Shown: in pieces, positions 1 through 10,082 of the stretch
Layout of the letters: each line of letters opens with the position of its first letter
Numbering within the stretch: the first letter of the stretch is position 1
NCBI GenBank assembly: GCA_045533905.1
Contig: JAZSIR010000001.1
Coordinates: 7,617 to 71,616, forward strand
Direction: 5' to 3'
DNA: 64,000 nt
From: Clostridia bacterium
Lineage (GTDB): Bacteria; Bacillota; Clostridia; UMGS1883; UMGS1540
Notes under the pieces: model-generated
What the model saw: only the letters and a program-made list of their open reading frames with translations
The model's database searches: none
What the model was told of the DNA's origin: nothing
Made by a program: the position numbers and the translations under genes

Positions 1-2109
1 GGTGTTATGACAGCATCTATTCAGGCAGTTATGATGCCAAAGCTTGTTCCTGACGCAGAATATATGGAATTTAATTCGATATCAGATTTGATTGCAGCAC
101 TTAACAGTAACAAAATAGATGCTTTTGGCTGCGATGAATCCTTATATACATCAATGCTTTGGGAAGGTCAGGCAGTTGACCGCATTGATGAGCCTATTGA
201 TAAAAGTAATTATGGACTTATATTCCAAAAGGGCAAAAAACTTGAGCTTCAGAACGAGGTTAATGAGTTTATTGCCACGATAAGTGCAGACGGAACGCTT
301 AAAGCGTTGGAAGAAAAATGGTTTGGTGCGAAAGAACCGACAGAGTTTGCATCATATGAAAACTTAAATGGAACAAAGGGCACAATTACAGTTGCCACCA
401 ATTCTGCTTCCATGCCGTTTGTATATCGCAAAAATAATAAATTTGTCGGCTTTGATATTGAATTTATTACCGCCTTTGCCAAAGAATACGGCTATAATAT
501 TAAGTTTGAAGATACAGAATTTGCAGCTATTCTCAGCGGTGTTGGGTCAGGAAGATATGACCTTGGTATATCGGGCATTACCATAACCGATGAAAGAAAA
601 GAAAGTATGGACTTTTCTGATGTTTACCACGTAGAAGATCTTGCTGTAATTATAAGAAGAGAAGCAGGTGCAGATGAACTTTCGCAGTTTAACAGCGCAA
701 CACTCGGTGTTGTTACAGGCTCACTATACGGTGGATATTCTAAAGAGCAGTTCCCGGGCGCAAGCATCAAAGAGTTTAACAACTTCTCTGATGTTCTTGT
801 TGCCTTAAAGCAAGGCAAAGTTGACGGGATTATGCTTGATAAACCAAACTTTAACTCCGTTGCACGAACAGACAAGAGCCTTAAATGTATCATAGTTCCC
901 GCATATTCTGTGGAAATCGGTTTCGGATTCCAGAAAAATGACGGTGGCGATGCACTTCAGGCACAGATGAACGAGTTTTTGGCAAAGCTTGATAGCGATG
1001 GTACAACAGAGAAGCTCATAGATAAATGGTATGGCGAAACAGAGCCGGAAGAGACTATTGCATTAGAAGAACTTAAGGCAAACGAAAAGACACTTAATGT
1101 ATCTATCGACACAACAAGAAAGCCTTTTGTATATATGTATAAAGGAAAACCTGTGGGATTTGAAATTGAAGTCCTTTATATGTTCTGTAAGGAATATGGC
1201 TACAATGTAAATATCTCGGATGTTTCCTTTGCATCAGGACTTGCAGGCTTGGCAAGTGAAAAATATGACCTTGTTTGTGGCGGACTTTATATGACGCCTG
1301 AAAGAAAAGAAAGTGTAAACTTCTCCAATCCTTATATGAACGCAGAAGTTGTTATGGCAAAATGCGAAAGGTCAGGATTTGATAACTTTATGTTATCCAT
1401 TAAGGAGAGCTTTGAAAAAACCTTTGTAAGAGAGCAAAGATGGAAGCTGATTGTAGAGGGTATTTGCACCACAATGATTATAAGCTTGTTCTCCGCTTTG
1501 GGCGGAACACTACTTGGCTTTGCGCTTTATATGGCGGCACGCAGCAAGAAGAAGTGGCTCTCTAAACTTGCTAAAGGAATAGCAAAAGTGTATTCCACAA
1601 TTATTGCAGGCACACCTACGCTCGTTGTACTTATGCTTTTGTTCTATGTGGTATTCACTTCTCCCGATATGAGTGGAATTGTAGTTGCAATCGTCGGCTT
1701 TATACTGACCTTCGGCTCATTTGTTTACGATAATCTTGCATTAACCGTGTCAGGCGTTGACAACGGACAACTTGAAGCTGCATATGCTCTCGGCTATTCA
1801 AGAAACAGAACATTTTTCAGAATCATTCTGCCGCAGGCAATGAAGATGTTTGTGCCAAGTTATTCGGGCGAAATTGTAAACCTCATAAAAGCAACATCCG
1901 TTGTTGGTTATATAGCAGTAAACGACTTAACCAAAATGGGAGATATTATCAGAGGTAATACATACGAAGCTTTCTTCCCGCTTATTGCAGTTGCAGTAAT
2001 TTACTTTGCAATCACATGGGTTATAGCAGGACTTCTCGGAATTTTAAGAAAGAAAACCGAACCAAAAAGAAGAAAGAATAAAAACATATTAAAGGGGGTT
2101 GTAAGATGA
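1..2109 (+). CDS. Polar amino acid ABC transporter, fused substrate-binding domains plus permease (His/Glu/Gln/Arg/opine family). Probably 5'-truncated by the window edge, because the N-terminus begins inside an SBP domain with no signal peptide.
   Basis: ORF 7..2109 shows repeated SBP_bac_3-like segments (GFDIEF..KEYGYN.., DLGISGITITDERKESMDFS) followed by a C-terminal permease with the EAA-like motif (ALGYSRNRTFFRIILPQA). The stop overlaps the next gene start (ATGA). Confidence 0.8.
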   Translation, partial: GVMTASIQAVMMPKLVPDAEYMEFNSISDLIAALNSNKIDAFGCDESLYTSMLWEGQAVDRIDEPIDKSNYGLIFQKGKKLELQNEVNEFIATISADGTLKALEEKWFGAKEPTEFASYENLNGTKGTITVATNSASMPFVYRKNNKFVGFDIEFITAFAKEYGYNIKFEDTEFAAILSGVGSGRYDLGISGITITDERKESMDFSDVYHVEDLAVIIRREAGADELSQFNSATLGVVTGSLYGGYSKEQFPGASIKEFNNFSDVLVALKQGKVDGIMLDKPNFNSVARTDKSLKCIIVPAYSVEIGFGFQKNDGGDALQAQMNEFLAKLDSDGTTEKLIDKWYGETEPEETIALEELKANEKTLNVSIDTTRKPFVYMYKGKPVGFEIEVLYMFCKEYGYNVNISDVSFASGLAGLASEKYDLVCGGLYMTPERKESVNFSNPYMNAEVVMAKCERSGFDNFMLSIKESFEKTFVREQRWKLIVEGICTTMIISLFSALGGTLLGFALYMAARSKKKWLSKLAKGIAKVYSTIIAGTPTLVVLMLLFYVVFTSPDMSGIVVAIVGFILTFGSFVYDNLALTVSGVDNGQLEAAYALGYSRNRTFFRIILPQAMKMFVPSYSGEIVNLIKATSVVGYIAVNDLTKMGDIIRGNTYEAFFPLIAVAVIYFAITWVIAGLLGILRKKTEPKRRKNKNILKGVVR

Positions 2110-3197
2110 TTAAGATAAATCACTTAAAGAAAGAATATGCAAATGTTACTCCCTTAAAGGATGTAAATGTTCATATTCATAAGGGCGATGTCATTTCTAT
2201 TATTGGTCCTTCAGGCACCGGTAAATCAACCCTTATCAGATGTATCAATATGCTTGAAACTCCCACTTCCGGCGATATTTTCGTTAACGGTGAACGAATT
2301 ACCGACAAAAAATGTAACATAAACAAAATCCGTCAGAAGATGGGTATGGTGTTCCAATCCTTCAATTTGTTTAACCACATGAACATTATTGAAAACATTA
2401 TGGCAGCACCTATGGACTTACTTAAAAAATCAAAGCAGGATGCTTATGACGACGGTATGGAGCTTCTTCGCACAGTTGGTCTTGCAGATAAAGCCTTTAA
2501 CTATCCCGATGAGCTTTCAGGCGGTCAGAAACAGCGTGTTGCCATAGCAAGAGCACTCGCAATGGAACCCGAAATAATACTCCTTGATGAGCCGACATCG
2601 GCGCTCGATCCCACAATGGTCGGTGAAGTTCAGGCGGTAATTAAAGACCTTGCAAAAAAAGGCTTAACTTTAATGATAGTAACTCACGAAATGCGATTTG
2701 CAAGAGAAATTGCAAACAGAGTTTTCTATATGGATGAAGGCGGTGTTTATGAAGACGGAACACCTGAAGAAATCTTCGATAATCCAAAGCGAGAAAAGAC
2801 AATCAGATTTATTAAGCACCTTAAAGTATTTGAAAATCTTATCACCTCAAAGGATTTCGACTTTATAGGCTTTAATACATCTTTAGAAGAATTCGGCAGA
2901 CGAAATCAGGTTCCGCAGGAAACCATTTACCGCGCACAGTCGGTATTTGAAGAACTTGTTGTGCAATGTCTTCTTCCAAAGCTTGAGGAAGAGTTTACTC
3001 TAAGTATTGCCTTTGAATATTCTCAAGATGAAGAAACACTTTCGATGATTATGAAATATGACGGAGAACATTTCGATGTACGAAATACACCTAATGTTAT
3101 TTCGTTTGCTATTGCTGAAAATGCATCAGAAAGCATTGATTATACTGAGTGTAACGACGGTAATTTTACAAACCTCGTGACGGTGAAAATCAAATAA
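2106..3197 (+). CDS. Polar amino acid ABC transporter ATP-binding protein (GlnQ-like) with a C-terminal extension of about 120 aa that resembles a degenerate RsbW/SpoIIAB (GHKL) anti-sigma-factor domain.
   Basis: Walker A GPSGTGKST, signature LSGGQKQR and Walker B ILLDEPTSALD are present. The C-terminal block ESIDYTECNDGNFTNLVTVKIK aligns with DDIAYEYKDGHNILKIKK of the RsbW-like kinase at 13992..14402, and MIMKYDGEHFD aligns with its G1-box region. Confidence 0.85.
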   Translation: MIKINHLKKEYANVTPLKDVNVHIHKGDVISIIGPSGTGKSTLIRCINMLETPTSGDIFVNGERITDKKCNINKIRQKMGMVFQSFNLFNHMNIIENIMAAPMDLLKKSKQDAYDDGMELLRTVGLADKAFNYPDELSGGQKQRVAIARALAMEPEIILLDEPTSALDPTMVGEVQAVIKDLAKKGLTLMIVTHEMRFAREIANRVFYMDEGGVYEDGTPEEIFDNPKREKTIRFIKHLKVFENLITSKDFDFIGFNTSLEEFGRRNQVPQETIYRAQSVFEELVVQCLLPKLEEEFTLSIAFEYSQDEETLSMIMKYDGEHFDVRNTPNVISFAIAENASESIDYTECNDGNFTNLVTVKIK

Positions 3198-3209
3198 CGA
3201 GGTGATAAA

Positions 3210-4781
3210 TTGGAACAGTATAATTTTTCAAACAGCAATATTGACCTTGCCTGTGAGGATGTTGGCGTTTTTCTGACATCGGTCGGAGTGGAAAAACGCG
3301 AAGTTTTGCGAAACAAACTCACCCTTGAGGAAATACTCCTTGAATACCAAGCAAAGTTTGGTGAAGAAGCGAACTTTAAGGTAAGATGCGTAAACCGCTT
3401 TATGACCATCAAGGTTGAGTTAATTGTTTCGGGACGGGTTTACAATCCGCTTGAAAAGAACGAGGAAGAAAACATCATACATGGAATTTTGGCAGGTATC
3501 GGTCTTGCCCCCTCATACGGATACAGAAACGGAAAGAATTATATCATTTTCACTCCCAAGAAAAAACCGTTGTCAAGCACGGTTAAAATGGGTGTGGCGA
3601 TTGGACTTTCGCTCATTTGCGGTTTTTTCCTTAATCTTCTGCCCGATTCAGTTAGAGCAGGTGCAAGCAAATATGTACTTTCGCCTGTGACCGATGCGTT
3701 TATGGGATTGATTTCGGCTGTATCGATTCCGCTGATTTTCTTGTCTGTCCTTGGTAGCATCTGCTCTATGGGCAACATGGAAACTCTCGGCAAAATTGGA
3801 AAAAAGACCATTAAAACTATTCTCCTGTATTTGACGGCGTTCAGTATACTTATGACAGCACTTGGAAGCTTGTTCTTTCACGTACAGTGGGGTGGCGGAG
3901 GAGCATCAGGTTTCTCACAGGTTTTCGATTTGATTTATAACATCATTCCATCGAATATGTTTGAACCTTTTATAACGGGAAATACTCTGCAGCTTATCTT
4001 CATTTCCATTATAGTTGGACTTGCAATGCTTGTCCTTTCGACAAGAGTGAACGGTGTTTTCAAACTTGTCGAACAGTTGGGCGCGATTGTGCAAACAATT
4101 ATGTCAGGACTTTCATCTATGCTGCCGATTTTGATTTTTGTACTCTTTACGGGAATGATATCCGGCGGAGAGTTCGGAACTCTGCTTGATTCTTGGAAGA
4201 TTATTGCAGTTTTCCTGTTGCTCGTTATGGTTTACTATGCAACAACTGTTTTGTACATTGCATTTAATAAAAAAATTTCGCCGGCTTTGCTATTAAAAAA
4301 GACATGGAAGACGCTTATTATTGCTCTTACAACTGCATCTTCTGCTGCGGCATTCCAAAAAAATATTCGCGATTCAAACAAAAAGTTTGGTATTGACAAA
4401 CGTCTCGCGGAATTTGGGGCATCCTTGGGACAAGTGTTGTTCAGCCCTGCTGATGTTGCTATTCTCATTGCAATGGAGGTTGGGTTTGCGGAAATGTATG
4501 GCATTGCGATCACTCCGCAGTTTTTAATCATTGCGTTGATCACGAACCTACTTTTGTCATTTTCCATTCCTCCCGTACCCGGAGGCTCTGTGATGGGATA
4601 CACTATTGCATTCACACAGCTTGGTATTCCTTTGGAGGTTATGGGTGTTGTTCTTGCCTTGGATGCGATCATTGATTTTCCGGCAACAGCGTGCAACATT
4701 TCGGGATGGCAGCTTACAATGATTGAGGTTGCTGACTCGCTCGATATGCTCGATAAAGAAACACTTTGCAAAAAGAGATGA
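3210..4781 (+). CDS. DAACS (sodium:dicarboxylate/amino acid symporter) family transporter with an N-terminal extension of about 120 aa that is homologous to an RsbW/SpoIIAB-like domain. Paralog 1 of a tandem pair.
   Basis: About 400 aa polytopic membrane core. The C-terminal motif VLALDAIIDFPATACNISGWQL matches the SDF-family 'GxDRxLDMxRTxVNVTGD' region. N-terminal blocks IDLACEDVGVFL, IKVELIVSGRVYNPLEKNEEE and HGILAGIGLAPSYGYRNGKNYIIFTPKKK parallel IDIAIDELFGNI, VVITFIDNGVPYDPLAKAEPD and GGLGIYMV..YEYKDGHNILKIKK of the kinase at 13992. Confidence 0.6.
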   Translation: MEQYNFSNSNIDLACEDVGVFLTSVGVEKREVLRNKLTLEEILLEYQAKFGEEANFKVRCVNRFMTIKVELIVSGRVYNPLEKNEEENIIHGILAGIGLAPSYGYRNGKNYIIFTPKKKPLSSTVKMGVAIGLSLICGFFLNLLPDSVRAGASKYVLSPVTDAFMGLISAVSIPLIFLSVLGSICSMGNMETLGKIGKKTIKTILLYLTAFSILMTALGSLFFHVQWGGGGASGFSQVFDLIYNIIPSNMFEPFITGNTLQLIFISIIVGLAMLVLSTRVNGVFKLVEQLGAIVQTIMSGLSSMLPILIFVLFTGMISGGEFGTLLDSWKIIAVFLLLVMVYYATTVLYIAFNKKISPALLLKKTWKTLIIALTTASSAAAFQKNIRDSNKKFGIDKRLAEFGASLGQVLFSPADVAILIAMEVGFAEMYGIAITPQFLIIALITNLLLSFSIPPVPGGSVMGYTIAFTQLGIPLEVMGVVLALDAIIDFPATACNISGWQLTMIEVADSLDMLDKETLCKKR

Positions 4782-4790
4782 GGTGGTTAA

Positions 4791-6365
4791 TTGGAACAGT
4801 ATAATTTTTCAAACAGCAATATTGACCTTGCCTGTGAAGAAGTCGGTGAGTTTCTTTCCAAAGTCGGTGTAGAACGACGCGAGGCTCTCCGAACAAAGCT
4901 CACATTTGAGGAAGTATTGCTTGAATACCAATCCAAGTTCGGAGAGGAAGCCACCTTCAAGGTGAGACTTCTGAAACGCTTGTCCTCTATAAAGGTCGAG
5001 ATCATCGTAGAAGGAGAATCCTACAACGCTCTTGTCAAAAACAGCGACGAGGGTGACGTGATACAAGGTCTGCTTGCAGGTATCGGTCTTGCTCCTACTT
5101 GGAATTACAAGAACGGTAAAAATTACATCGTATTTATACCAAAGAAAAAACCGCTGTCCGGCACGGCCAAAATGGTCGGTGCAATCGGACTTGCGGTGAT
5201 TTGCGGAATTATCTTAAATCTCTTGCCAGACGGAATCAGAGCAGGCGCAAACGATTATGTGCTAACACCCGTAACGAATGCGTTTGTGGGACTTATCTCA
5301 GCAGTATCAGGGCCGCTGATCTTCCTATCGGTTCTCGGCAGTATCTGCTCCATGGGCAATATGGAAACCCTCGGCAAGATCGGAAGTAAGACGATTAAGG
5401 TTATCCTTCTTTATATGACGGTAATCGCAGTATTGATGACCGCATTCGGCTGCCTGTTTTATCACATTGAAATGGGTGGCGGAGGGACATCGAGCTTCTC
5501 GCAGATTCTCGATTTGATCTATGACATCATTCCGTCAAATCTGTTTGAACCCTTTGTAACCGGAAATGCTTTGCAGCTGATCTTCATTTCCATCATGGTC
5601 GGACTTGCAATGCTTGTCCTATCGTCGAGAGTCAGTGGCGTGTTCAAGCTCGTGGAACAGCTCAGCTCCATCGTGCAAACGATTATGTCGGGGCTGTCCT
5701 CAATGCTTCCGATTCTGATATTTGTTCTCTTTACGGGAATGATTTCAAGCGGTAACCTTGGTGCAATTCTCGATTCTTGGAAGATGATATTAGTCATCGT
5801 GCTAATGATTGTAGTTTACTACGTACTGAATCTTCTGCGAATCTCCCTTATGAAAAAGATACCGCCGGCTTTGCTGATGAAGAAAGCGTGGCAGACACTT
5901 CTCATTGCACTTACCACCGCATCCTCGGCTGCCGCGTTCGGTACGAACACCCGTGATGCAAACAAAAAGCTTGGTATTGACAAAAAGCTTGTTGAGTTCG
6001 CAACTCCCATCGGTCAGGTATTGTTTATGCCCGGATATGTCGCCATGCTTTTTTGTATGGAAATGGGCTTTGCGGAATCCTACGGTCTTCCGATTACTCT
6101 ACCGTGGATATTTATCGCTCTTATCACAAATCTTTTGTTATCATTTGCAGTCCCGCCCGTGCCCGGTGGTGCAATGATGGGATTTACGATTGCTTTTACA
6201 CAACTCGGCATTCCTATGGAGGTTATGGGTATTGCGTTGGCGGTGAACGCTATCATTGATTTCCCCTGTACAGCCTGCAATGTTTCAGGATGGCAGCTTA
6301 CTCTTATTGATGTTGCTGACTCACTTAATATGTTGGATAAAGAATCATTACATAAAAATAATTAA
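4791..6365 (+). CDS. DAACS family transporter with the same RsbW-like N-terminal domain. Paralog 2, about 70-75% identical to the preceding gene.
   Basis: Same architecture and motifs as 3210..4781 (IKVEIIVEGESYNALVKNSDE; VNAIIDFPCTACNVSGWQL). Tandem duplication with a 9-nt spacer. Confidence 0.6.
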   Translation: MEQYNFSNSNIDLACEEVGEFLSKVGVERREALRTKLTFEEVLLEYQSKFGEEATFKVRLLKRLSSIKVEIIVEGESYNALVKNSDEGDVIQGLLAGIGLAPTWNYKNGKNYIVFIPKKKPLSGTAKMVGAIGLAVICGIILNLLPDGIRAGANDYVLTPVTNAFVGLISAVSGPLIFLSVLGSICSMGNMETLGKIGSKTIKVILLYMTVIAVLMTAFGCLFYHIEMGGGGTSSFSQILDLIYDIIPSNLFEPFVTGNALQLIFISIMVGLAMLVLSSRVSGVFKLVEQLSSIVQTIMSGLSSMLPILIFVLFTGMISSGNLGAILDSWKMILVIVLMIVVYYVLNLLRISLMKKIPPALLMKKAWQTLLIALTTASSAAAFGTNTRDANKKLGIDKKLVEFATPIGQVLFMPGYVAMLFCMEMGFAESYGLPITLPWIFIALITNLLLSFAVPPVPGGAMMGFTIAFTQLGIPMEVMGIALAVNAIIDFPCTACNVSGWQLTLIDVADSLNMLDKESLHKNN

Positions 6366-6384
6366 AAGAAAGAGGTAGATTACT

Positions 6385-6681
6385 ATGACTATCGAAAAAA
6401 ACTTAAACGGAACCGAACTGACAGTTGCCATTGTTGGCAGACTTGACACAACAACCGCACCTGAACTTGAAGCATCTTTAAAAGAAAGCTTTACTGGTGT
6501 AGAAAAACTTGTGCTTGATTTTGCTTCACTTGAGTATCTTTCTTCTGCAGGACTTCGTGTTCTTCTGGCGGCTCAGAAGGCAATGAACAAGCAGGGCGAA
6601 ATGATTATTAAGAATGTAAACGAAACCATCAATGAAATCTTTGAAGTAACGGGATTTATTGATATTTTGACAATCGAATAA
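6385..6681 (+). CDS. STAS-domain anti-sigma-factor antagonist (SpoIIAA/RsbV-like), copy 1.
   Basis: 98 aa. Carries the conserved phosphorylatable-serine context LEYLSSAGLRVLL. The C-terminal 48 aa are nearly identical to the paralog at 11805..12101. Confidence 0.8.
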   Translation: MTIEKNLNGTELTVAIVGRLDTTTAPELEASLKESFTGVEKLVLDFASLEYLSSAGLRVLLAAQKAMNKQGEMIIKNVNETINEIFEVTGFIDILTIE

Positions 6682-6701
6682 TTGCTTAGGGAGGGCTTTG
6701 T

Positions 6702-7595
6702 ATGCCGAATTACGATTTTTTGCTTGAGCATAAGCTGAAGGAACTGAATAGTGAGTTTGCATATCGGCATACCTGCTGTATGTCACTTTTTGAGCAAATG
6801 CTGAAAAGGTTTCTCGCCGTATTCCCAACATTTACCGATCATACACTCCTACATACTTTGAGTGTGACAAACATATCAAACCAACTGCTTCGTGAAAATG
6901 TTATGAAATTAAATGCAAGCGAGATATACATATATCTTATGGCGTGTGCTTTGCATGATATTGGAATGGGTGTTTCGGACAAGGACATTGGCTCATTTAT
7001 TGATGCATCCGGTCTCAGAGGATATGTAAACGAACATCCTGAAATATCTAAGCCTAATTTGATACGCAAATTTCACAACGATTTTTCAGCACAGTTTGTA
7101 AAAAAGTATTGGGAGATACTTGAGATACCAAATAAGCGGTATGCTGATGCGATTGCTGAGGTCGGACGAGGGCACAGAAAGACGGATTTGATGGATGAAG
7201 CACTTTATCCTACAGATTACGAACTTGGTGACGGAAGCAAAGCGAATCTTGCCTTGCTTGCGGCACTTATACGACTTTGCGATGAGCTTGATATAGCATC
7301 GGACAGAAACCCTGATTTGCTGTATGATACCGAAACTATGGAGGGTATGAGCGAGAAGGATGTATTTGAGTTTTCCAAGCACGAGGCTATCCATACGCTA
7401 AAGTTTAGTGAGGATAATATTGTGGTTATTGCTGACACAGATAAACCGGATATTGCCGATGGAGTTATAGAGGCGATCCGTACTGTTAAAGAAACTCTTG
7501 AATATTGTCTTTCTGTAATCAGCAAACGTAGTGATTTTCAAATTGATTGCGAAACAATAAAACTGATATTAAATGATAAAGAAGTAGAGGTGTAA
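6702..7595 (+). CDS. HD-domain metal-dependent phosphohydrolase.
   Basis: H..HD..H..D motif series (LHTLSV, ALHDIGMG, GRGHRKTD, LCDELD). Sits between STAS1 and deoD. Confidence 0.6.
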   Translation: MPNYDFLLEHKLKELNSEFAYRHTCCMSLFEQMLKRFLAVFPTFTDHTLLHTLSVTNISNQLLRENVMKLNASEIYIYLMACALHDIGMGVSDKDIGSFIDASGLRGYVNEHPEISKPNLIRKFHNDFSAQFVKKYWEILEIPNKRYADAIAEVGRGHRKTDLMDEALYPTDYELGDGSKANLALLAALIRLCDELDIASDRNPDLLYDTETMEGMSEKDVFEFSKHEAIHTLKFSEDNIVVIADTDKPDIADGVIEAIRTVKETLEYCLSVISKRSDFQIDCETIKLILNDKEVEV

Positions 7596-7599
7596 AAAT

Positions 7600-8313
7600 A
7601 TGGCAACTGCACATATAAATGCAAAACCGGAGGATTTCGCAAAAACGGTGCTTATGCCCGGCGATCCTCTCCGCGCAAAGCTGATCGCGGAAAAATATCT
7701 TGAAAACGCTGTACTTGTAAATAATGTCAGAGGCGTTCAGGGCTATACGGGTACATATAAGGGCAAACGAGTGTCCGTTATGGCGAGTGGTATGGGAATG
7801 CCGTCAATGGGTATTTATTCTTATGAGCTTTACAAGTTTTTCGGAGTAGAAAACATTATTCGTATTGGTTCAGCAGGTGCTCTTAATACCGATATTTATG
7901 TTCGTGATGTTGTAATCGGTATGGGTTGTTCTACTGATTCCAATTTTGCGGCAAATTACAAGCTTCCCGGAACTTTTGCTCCACTTTGCAGCTACAAACT
8001 GATGGACGCTTGTGTTGAAAGTGCAAAAGAAATGGGTGTAACATATCACGTGGGCAACCTTCTTTCGTCAGATATTTTCTATGGTGATGACGAAACGGCA
8101 AACGACGCCTGGGCAAAGATGGGTGTTATGGCAATAGAGATGGAGGGTGCGGCACTTTATATGAATGCTGCGCGTCTTGGCAAAAACGCCCTTGTTATTT
8201 GTACCGTATCCAATCACATAATCACGGGCGAGGAAACTACTGCTGAGGAAAGACAGAATTCCTTTGGTGAAATGATTACATTGGCACTTGAAACCGCCTT
8301 GAAGTTAGACTGA
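7600..8313 (+). CDS. deoD: Purine nucleoside phosphorylase, DeoD-type.
   Basis: Canonical DeoD N-terminus (MATAHINAKPEDFAKTVLMPGDPLRAKLIAEKYLEN..VRGVQGYTGTYKGKRVSVMASGMGMPS), about 237 aa. Confidence 0.9.
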   Translation: MATAHINAKPEDFAKTVLMPGDPLRAKLIAEKYLENAVLVNNVRGVQGYTGTYKGKRVSVMASGMGMPSMGIYSYELYKFFGVENIIRIGSAGALNTDIYVRDVVIGMGCSTDSNFAANYKLPGTFAPLCSYKLMDACVESAKEMGVTYHVGNLLSSDIFYGDDETANDAWAKMGVMAIEMEGAALYMNAARLGKNALVICTVSNHIITGEETTAEERQNSFGEMITLALETALKLD

Positions 8314-8327
8314 CGGAGGGGGTACTG

Positions 8328-8966
8328 ATGGTAGAAATATTGAAGGGACTTGGCATCACCGTTTTTCTGACTGTTGCATGCTTTATAACAGCATCCTTGA
8401 TTGGAGCATTAACTTGTGCCGGCTTTTGCTCTAAAAACAAAATAGTCAGAACGGTATGCAAGATTTATAATGGCTTGGTGATTAAGATTCCTCCGCTCGT
8501 TATGTTAATGCTTTTCGCATTAGTCGTTATGGGCGACCGTAATAAAGGAACTATATTTATTGCTTTTGTAGGACTGTCTCTTTTTGTTGCAGCAAATCTT
8601 ACCGGTGTTTTCTGTGGCGGTGTTTTTTCCGTTGCAAATGGAGAAATTGAAGCGGCTCGCACGTTGGGAATGAACAAGATTCAAACATTTTTTCATGTTA
8701 TGTTACCTCAGATAATTGAAAACATTGTTCCGGTATATATGTCAATGTTTGTGATGTGTATGCAGATTACAAGTGTGGCATCCGTTATTGGAGTAGGTGA
8801 ATTTCTTAGCGTAACCGATGGTATTTCCGATGCTGTAATTGGAATTGTGATTTCGATTTCAGGTTATTTTGTTATTGGAACACTCGGTGATTTCGTTATC
8901 ACCCGTATAGGAAAGATAAAACATATTAAAGCAAAGGATTATCCTGGAAAGGCGGAGGTGAGATAA
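8328..8966 (+). CDS. Polar amino acid ABC transporter permease.
   Basis: 212-aa polytopic protein with the EAA-loop-like motif EAARTLGMNKIQTFFHVMLPQ. Immediately upstream of the ATPase gene. Confidence 0.8.
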   Translation: MVEILKGLGITVFLTVACFITASLIGALTCAGFCSKNKIVRTVCKIYNGLVIKIPPLVMLMLFALVVMGDRNKGTIFIAFVGLSLFVAANLTGVFCGGVFSVANGEIEAARTLGMNKIQTFFHVMLPQIIENIVPVYMSMFVMCMQITSVASVIGVGEFLSVTDGISDAVIGIVISISGYFVIGTLGDFVITRIGKIKHIKAKDYPGKAEVR

Positions 8967-8967
8967 G

Positions 8968-10059
8968 ATGAGTCTTGTAGAAATAAAAAATCTTACCAAG
9001 CGTTTCGGAGATAATCTTATTTGGGAGAATGTCAACGAATCTATCGAAAAAGGCGATGTGATAGTTATTGTCGGTAACTCGGGTTGCGGAAAGACAACTT
9101 TCCTTCGGTGTATCAATATGCTTGAAACACCTTCATCCGGTCAGATTTTCATTGATGGTGATGAAATAACTGCAGTCGGTGCTGATATTGATAAAATTCG
9201 CAGTAAAATGGGTATGGTGTATCAGAATTTCAATTTGTTCTCACATCTTACTGTACTTGAAAACATTATTAAGGCACCAATGGTGGTTAATAAGATTCCC
9301 AAGGAGCAGGCAATCAAGGAAGGTATGGAATATCTTCGTATGGTAGGTATGCAAGAGAAAGCAGATTTTATGCCCGATCAGCTTTCGGGCGGACAGAAAC
9401 AGCGTGTGGCAATTGCCCGTTGTCTTGCTATGAAGCCTGAAATCATTCTGTTTGACGAACCGACAAGCGCACTTGATCCTACAATGGTGGATGAGGTTCT
9501 TGCGGTTATTAGAAATCTTGCTAAGAGTGGGTTCACTTGTGTAATTGTAACCCACGAAATGGCATTTGCTAAAAGTGTGGCAAGTAAAATCATCTTCTTT
9601 GCTGACAGAGGAATTTATGAGGAGGCACCGCCTGTTGAGTTTTTTGAGCATCCCAAAAGAGAAAAAACAGTTGCCTTTGTTCGCAAACTCAAGACCTATA
9701 CCTACGAGTCTGAGGTTTGCAATATCGATCTTTATACACTTTTAGTTCAGGTCAACAATTATTGTAGTAAATATGCATTTCCGCTTAAATCTGCAAACCG
9801 TTTTCAATTAGTAGTGGAAGAACTTTTAACCTGTTTGCAAAGTATTGGCGGAGATGGCGAGATGAACTTGACTGTGGCGTATGAAGATACCACAGGCAAA
9901 AAAGAAATTATTTTGCGCGAAAAAGTGTGTAAGGGAAATATACTTGATGCGGAGCAGATGGACGAACTGAGTCTGATGCTTATTAAGAACTGTGCATCCG
10001 ATATTAAGCACTGCGTTGAAAACGGATATAATGTATTAACAATTGAAATAAAAGAATAG
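8968..10059 (+). CDS. Polar amino acid ABC transporter ATP-binding protein with a degenerate RsbW-like C-terminal domain. Paralog of 2106..3197.
   Basis: Walker A GNSGCGKTT, signature LSGGQKQR and Walker B ILFDEPTSALD. The C-terminal FQLVVEELLTCLQS, EMNLTVAYEDTTGKKEIILREKVCKGNILD and DIKHCVENGYNVLTIEIK align to the N-box, G1 and C-terminal regions of the kinase at 13992. Confidence 0.85.
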   Translation: MSLVEIKNLTKRFGDNLIWENVNESIEKGDVIVIVGNSGCGKTTFLRCINMLETPSSGQIFIDGDEITAVGADIDKIRSKMGMVYQNFNLFSHLTVLENIIKAPMVVNKIPKEQAIKEGMEYLRMVGMQEKADFMPDQLSGGQKQRVAIARCLAMKPEIILFDEPTSALDPTMVDEVLAVIRNLAKSGFTCVIVTHEMAFAKSVASKIIFFADRGIYEEAPPVEFFEHPKREKTVAFVRKLKTYTYESEVCNIDLYTLLVQVNNYCSKYAFPLKSANRFQLVVEELLTCLQSIGGDGEMNLTVAYEDTTGKKEIILREKVCKGNILDAEQMDELSLMLIKNCASDIKHCVENGYNVLTIEIKE

Positions 10060-10082
10060 AATTTTCGGCAAGTGAGGTTTTT

